NCBI GenBank assembly: GCA_040289515.1
Contig: PSLI01000037.1
Location: forward strand, 1 to 19,187
Length of the DNA: 19,187 nucleotides
Direction: 5' to 3'
Source of the DNA: Candidatus Sysuimicrobiota bacterium
Lineage (GTDB): Bacteria; Sysuimicrobiota; Sysuimicrobiia; Sysuimicrobiales; Sysuimicrobiaceae
Shown: one piece after another, positions 14,968-19,187 of the stretch
Layout of the letters: every line of letters starts with the position of its first letter
How positions within the stretch are numbered: position 1 is the first letter of the stretch
Program-made: the position numbers and the translations under genes
The notes under the pieces: generated by a model
What the model was told of the DNA's origin: nothing
The model's database searches: none
What the model saw: only the letters and a program-made list of their open reading frames with translations

Positions 14968-16292
14968 GCAAGGAGGTTCGTCTTCTGCACTTGCGGCAGA
15001 CGCCCTCGACGGAGTTGCGCCGCATCCTCGCCCGGTCCCAGGCGCGTGCCCTGGATGCCCGGACCCAGGAGGCGGTGAGGGCTTTGCTGGAGGATGTGGC
15101 GCGGCGGGGGGACGCTGCGGTGGTGGACGCCACCCGTCGGTTCGACGGCGTACAGCTGGAACCGGACCGGCTGCGGGTGAGCCGGGAGGAGTTCGCTTCC
15201 GCCCGGGATCGGGTGGCGGAGGGGCTACAGGCGGCTTTGGCAGCCGCCGTGGATCGCACCCGGCGGTTCTCGGAGTGGCTGCGGCCCCCCGCCCGGATGG
15301 CGGAGGAGCTGGAGCCGGGCATCACGGTGGGCGTGCAGTTCACGCCCTTGGCTTCCGTGGGGGCGTACGTCCCCTCGGGCAAGGGCAAGTTCCCCTCCAC
15401 CCTGGTGACCCTTCTGACCCCTGCGGTGGTGGCGGGCGTGCCGGAGATCGCGGTGGTGGTGCCGCCCCAGCCGGACGGGAGCGCGGATCCCGCGGTGCTG
15501 GTGGCCGCGGAGCTCGTTGGGGTGGACTGCGTGTACCGGTGCAACGGGCCCGCGGGGATTGCGGCGCTTGCCGTGGGCACGCAGTCGTTCCCCCGCGTGG
15601 AGGCGGTGGTGGGTCCCGGCAACCCGTACGTGGTAGCCATGCAGCTTCTGGTGCAGACCCGCGGGGTACGGGTGCTGGGTACGTTCGGGCCCACGGAGTC
15701 CGTGGTGCTGGCGGACGGGGAGGCGGACCCGGACCTGGTGGCGCTGGACCTTCTGAACGAAGCCGAACACGGGAGCGACTCCGCCGCGTGGCTGGTGACC
15801 CCTTCCCCTGAATTGGCCCGCACGGTGCGCGACCGCGTGCGGGGCTTGCTGGAGCGCCTACCGGAGCCTCGGCGGGGCTACGCCCAGGACGCCCTTACGG
15901 ACCTAGGCGGCATCCTCGTGGTGGAGGACTGGGAGGAGGCGGTGGCCTTCGTGAACCTGTACGCTCCCGAGCACGTGATGGTGCACGCAAAGGACCCGTG
16001 GTCGGTGGCCGCCCGCATCCGGCACGCGGGCGAAGTCCTGCTGGGGCCCCACACGCCCTTTTCTGCGGCCAACTACGCCATCGGGGTGCCCGCGGCCCTG
16101 CCCACCGGAGGCGGAGCCCGCCGGGAGTCGGGGGTAACGGTGCTGAGCTATCTCAAGGCCACCTCGGTGGCGGCTTTAAACCCCGAGGGGTTGGACAAAG
16201 TCCGGCCCGTGGTGGAGCACCTGGGGACGTACGAGGGGTTTCCCGCGCACGTGATGGCGGTGCGGGACCGCCCCCGGGGAGGCATCCGGTGA
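14964..16292 (+). CDS. hisD: Histidinol dehydrogenase family protein (divergent)
   Basis: GTGA overlap with hisG. 'RRGDAAV...TRRFD', 'VGAYVP', 'VVGPGNPYV', 'GPTE', 'AEHG', 'NLYAPEH', 'LPTGG.AR..SG', 'EGFPAH', at the expected position in the his operon. Confidence 0.9.
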   Translation: MSKEVRLLHLRQTPSTELRRILARSQARALDARTQEAVRALLEDVARRGDAAVVDATRRFDGVQLEPDRLRVSREEFASARDRVAEGLQAALAAAVDRTRRFSEWLRPPARMAEELEPGITVGVQFTPLASVGAYVPSGKGKFPSTLVTLLTPAVVAGVPEIAVVVPPQPDGSADPAVLVAAELVGVDCVYRCNGPAGIAALAVGTQSFPRVEAVVGPGNPYVVAMQLLVQTRGVRVLGTFGPTESVVLADGEADPDLVALDLLNEAEHGSDSAAWLVTPSPELARTVRDRVRGLLERLPEPRRGYAQDALTDLGGILVVEDWEEAVAFVNLYAPEHVMVHAKDPWSVAARIRHAGEVLLGPHTPFSAANYAIGVPAALPTGGGARRESGVTVLSYLKATSVAALNPEGLDKVRPVVEHLGTYEGFPAHVMAVRDRPRGGIR

Positions 16293-17344
16293 CGCCCCGT
16301 GCGCGGCCGGAGGTGGAGGCCCTCTCCGGCTACCACTTGAGAGCCGCGGACGTCCCCGTGAAGCTGAACCAGAACGAGTGCCCGTACGACGTCTCCTGGC
16401 AGCTGAAGCAGGAGATCCTCGAACGGCTCCGGGCCCTTCCGTGGAACCGGTACCCGCCCATGAGGGCGGAAGCTGCCCGGGCGGCGGTGGCCGAGGCGTG
16501 CGGGGTTCCACCGGAGCGCGTGCTGGTTACCAACGGGTCCAACGAAGCCATCCTGGCGCTGCTGCAGACCTTCGCGTGCGGGCGGACCGTGGCGCTGCCT
16601 GAGCCTGGCTATTCCATGGCTCGCCCCCTGGCGGTGGTGGCGGGAGCGCGCGTATGTCCCGTGCGGCTGCGGGAGGATCTCAGCGTCGACACACACGCCC
16701 TGGCCCGGGCGGCGCAGGAAGGGGCTGCGCTGGTGTTCCTAGCCTCGCCCAACAACCCCACGGGGCGGGCGGTACCTCCCGAGGAGGTGCGGGCCCTGCT
16801 GGAGGCCTACCAGGGGCCGGTGGTGGTGGACGAGGCCTACTGGGGGTTCTGCCCGTGGTCGGTCCTGCCCCTGCAGGAGCGGTATGCGCACCTGGTGGTC
16901 CTGCGCACCGCCTCCAAGGCCCTCGGCCTAGCGGGCGCCCGGGTGGGCTGGGTCGTGGCGCATCCGGAGGTAATCCGCCAGGTGGCCAAGGTGATCCCGC
17001 CTTACAACGTGAACCTGTTCGGACAGGTGGCGGTGGAGGTCATGGCCCGGCACGGGGGCCTGGTGGCGCGGCGCATCCAGGAGGTGGTGGCGGAGAGGGA
17101 CCGGCTGTACGGAGCCATGCGTGCCCTGGGGGTGCAGGTGTATGTCAGTGACGCCAACTTCCTGCTGTTCCGCGTGCCGGATGCGCAGGCCACGTTCCTG
17201 CGCCTGCTGGAGGCAGGCGTGCTGGTGCGGGACGTGTCCCGTTCCCCCATGCTGGAGGGCTGCCTGAGGGTCACGGTGGGCTGCCGGGAGGAGAATGACA
17301 GGTTTTTGCAGGCCCTGCAGGCCGCGCAGGAGGTGAGGGTGTGA
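16289..17344 (+). CDS. hisC: Histidinol-phosphate aminotransferase
   Basis: GTGA overlap. 'VKLNQNECPY', 'NRYP', 'TNGSNEAI', 'SPNNPTG', 'VVDEAY', PLP lysine in 'LRTASKALGLAGARVG', 'SDANFLL', 'LRVTVG..EEN'. Confidence 0.96.
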   Translation: MTPRARPEVEALSGYHLRAADVPVKLNQNECPYDVSWQLKQEILERLRALPWNRYPPMRAEAARAAVAEACGVPPERVLVTNGSNEAILALLQTFACGRTVALPEPGYSMARPLAVVAGARVCPVRLREDLSVDTHALARAAQEGAALVFLASPNNPTGRAVPPEEVRALLEAYQGPVVVDEAYWGFCPWSVLPLQERYAHLVVLRTASKALGLAGARVGWVVAHPEVIRQVAKVIPPYNVNLFGQVAVEVMARHGGLVARRIQEVVAERDRLYGAMRALGVQVYVSDANFLLFRVPDAQATFLRLLEAGVLVRDVSRSPMLEGCLRVTVGCREENDRFLQALQAAQEVRV

Positions 17345-17919
17345 GGCAGGCGCAGGTGGAGCGCCGGAGCGCGGAAACGGAGGTCCGGGTGCGCCTGCTG
17401 CTGGACGGGACCGGGGCGCACCGGGTGAACACGGGTGTGCCCTTCCTGGACCACATGCTGGCGCAGTGGGCGCACCACGGAGGGTTCGACCTCGAGTTGG
17501 ACGCCTCCGGCGACCTGGCCGTGGATCCCCACCACACGGTGGAGGACGTGGGGCTGGTGCTGGGCGACGCTTTCTGCCGGGCGCTGGGGGACGCGCGGGG
17601 GATTGCGCGGTTCGCCAGCCTGCATGCGGTGATGGACGACACCCTGGTCCTGTGCGCGGTGGACGTGAGCGGGCGCCCGTACCTGCACTGGCAGGTGAGC
17701 TGGCCTGCGCCCCTCATCGGCACCTTCCCCGCGGAGCTGGTGGAGGAGTTCTTCCGCGCCTTCGTCACCCGTTCGCAAATTGGCCTGCACGTGATCGCCG
17801 TGCACAGCCGCAACAGCCACCACCTGGCGGAGGCGGCCTTCAAGGGCCTGGGGCTCGTGCTGGGGCAGGCGGTGCGGCTGGAACGGGCGGGGCACCCGTC
17901 CACCAAAGGCGTGCTGTAG
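17341..17919 (+). CDS. hisB: Imidazoleglycerol-phosphate dehydratase
   Basis: 'TGVPFLDHML', 'GDLAVDPHHTVEDVG', 'DVSGRPY', 'NSHHLAEAAFK', 'PSTKGVL'. Confidence 0.98.
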   Translation: MRQAQVERRSAETEVRVRLLLDGTGAHRVNTGVPFLDHMLAQWAHHGGFDLELDASGDLAVDPHHTVEDVGLVLGDAFCRALGDARGIARFASLHAVMDDTLVLCAVDVSGRPYLHWQVSWPAPLIGTFPAELVEEFFRAFVTRSQIGLHVIAVHSRNSHHLAEAAFKGLGLVLGQAVRLERAGHPSTKGVL

Positions 17920-17922
17920 GGG

Positions 17923-18549
17923 GTGTGCGTGCGGGCGGTCCTGGTGGACTACGGCGCAGGCAACCTCCGCAGCGTGGAGCGGGCCCTGGCGCGGGTGGGG
18001 TTCGCGGTGGTGCGGGCCCACCGGCCGGCCGACCTCAGCGGGGCAGATCTGGTGGTGTTGCCCGGTGTGGGGGCGTTCGGGCCGGCGGTGCGGCGGCTGT
18101 CCGAGGTGGGCTTCGCGGATGCGCTGCGGGACTGGGTGCGCGGAGGCAGGCCCCTGCTGGGGCTGTGCCTGGGGATGCAGCTGCTGTTCGAGTGGAGCGA
18201 GGAGGGGGGGCTGCACCGAGGTCTGGGGTTGCTGCCAGGACGGGTGGTGCGCCTTCCGCCTTTCGGGAAGGTGCCCCACATGGGGTGGAACCAGCTGGAG
18301 CCAACCAGACGTTCCCCTCTCCTCGCGCGGGTGCGCCCCGGGGAGTACGTGTACTTCGTGCACTCGTACTACGTCGTCACCCCTGCCGACCGCGTGGTGG
18401 CCTGCACATGGTACGGTGTCTGTATCCCCGCGGTCGTGGAGGAGGGATGCGTGGCGGGCTTCCAGTTCCACCCGGAGAAGAGCGGGGAGGTTGGACGCCG
18501 GCTGTTGGCGGGGGTGTTAGAGTGGGCGGGTGCCCGGGAGCGCGCGTGA
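17923..18549 (+). CDS. hisH: Imidazole glycerol phosphate synthase, glutaminase subunit
   Basis: 'DYGAGNLRSV', 'LPGVGAF', 'LGLCLGMQLL', 'KVPHMGWN', 'YFVHSY', 'QFHPEKSG'. The start may instead be GTG 17929. Confidence 0.97.
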   Translation: MCVRAVLVDYGAGNLRSVERALARVGFAVVRAHRPADLSGADLVVLPGVGAFGPAVRRLSEVGFADALRDWVRGGRPLLGLCLGMQLLFEWSEEGGLHRGLGLLPGRVVRLPPFGKVPHMGWNQLEPTRRSPLLARVRPGEYVYFVHSYYVVTPADRVVACTWYGVCIPAVVEEGCVAGFQFHPEKSGEVGRRLLAGVLEWAGARERA

Positions 18550-19187
18550 CGGTGTTCCCCGCCTTGGATCTGCTGGGCGGGCGCGTGGTGCGCCTGGCGC
18601 AGGGGGACTTCCGCCGGGTCACCGAGTACGCCGCCGACCCCGTGGAGGTGGCGCGGCGGTGGGCGCAGGCGGGTGCCAGGTGGGTGCACGTGGTGGATCT
18701 GGATGGTGCGCGGGACGGCTCACCCGCCCACCTGAACCTGCTTCCTGCCCTCAGCCAGCTGGGTGTGCGGGTGCAGTTCGGAGGCGGGCTGCGAACGGAA
18801 GAGGCCGTGCAGCACGCCCTGGAGGCGGGCGCGCACCGGGTGGTGGTGGGCACCCGGGCCGTGTTGGAGCCAGCGTGGCTGCGGCGCCTGTGCGCCCGGT
18901 GGGGCGACCGGGTGGTGGTGGCTTTGGACGCGCGGGACGGGCGAGTGGCGGTCCAGGGCTGGGCGCAGACATCACCCGTGGCAGTGGAGCAGGCGGCGCG
19001 GCAAGTGCTGGCGTGCGGGGCTGCCCACCTGCTGGTCACCGACGTGGCCACGGACGGGGTGCTGGCGGGCCCCAACTTCGCCCTGTACCGGGCTTTGGTG
19101 TCGCTACCCGCTTCCGTGGTGGCCTCCGGAGGGGTGCGCCATACGGGGGACGTGCGGGCGCTGCGGCGGGTGGGGGTGCGGGGGCTG
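18546..19187 (+). CDS. hisA: ProFAR isomerase HisA (3'-truncated by window edge)
   Basis: Not in the ORF track because it has no stop. GTG at 18546 overlaps the hisH stop and reads MTVFPALDLLGGRVVRLAQGD...DPVEVARRW...HVVDLDGA...VQFGGGLR...VVVGT...TDVATDGVLAGPN...VASGGV. Confidence 0.95.
   Translation, partial: MTVFPALDLLGGRVVRLAQGDFRRVTEYAADPVEVARRWAQAGARWVHVVDLDGARDGSPAHLNLLPALSQLGVRVQFGGGLRTEEAVQHALEAGAHRVVVGTRAVLEPAWLRRLCARWGDRVVVALDARDGRVAVQGWAQTSPVAVEQAARQVLACGAAHLLVTDVATDGVLAGPNFALYRALVSLPASVVASGGVRHTGDVRALRRVGVRGL

Noticed and set aside
1..19187. CRISPR arrays, IS elements, rRNA
   Set aside because: No regularly spaced repeats, transposase motifs or rRNA-like sequence were seen. Nearly all of the window is accounted for by tightly packed genes.

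Overview
A very GC-rich (roughly 70% by eye) bacterial chromosomal segment made mostly of housekeeping genes, with no integrase, transposase or CRISPR array. Order on the + strand unless noted: 3' end of phoU; a thioredoxin-type arsenate reductase (arsC) broken by one extra G in a G7 run; rplY/ctc with an intrinsic terminator; pth; tatC; a sulfite-oxidase-like molybdoprotein; metG; tatD; an M48 peptidase; an amidohydrolase; an FAH-family hydrolase; tRNA-Arg(CCG); a glyoxalase/VOC gene remnant; an MFS transporter (- strand); a nucleoside hydrolase homolog lacking its catalytic residues; a PrsW/YhfC-like membrane protein; a TrpR-like YerC/HisR regulator; then hisZ-hisG-hisD-hisC-hisB-hisH-hisA (truncated by the window end). 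The most notable observations are: (1) the his operon appears to be transcribed leaderlessly, with a TrpR/HisR-type palindromic operator written inside the first hisZ codons; (2) the operon's HisD has non-canonical zinc- and substrate-binding residues; (3) three promoters share a '-10 + 7 nt GGAGC-containing spacer + start codon' layout; (4) two apparent pseudoenzymes lie directly upstream of the regulator; (5) the FAH ORF runs through the tRNA promoter and stops inside the tRNA. All family calls come from recognising motifs by eye; no searches were run.
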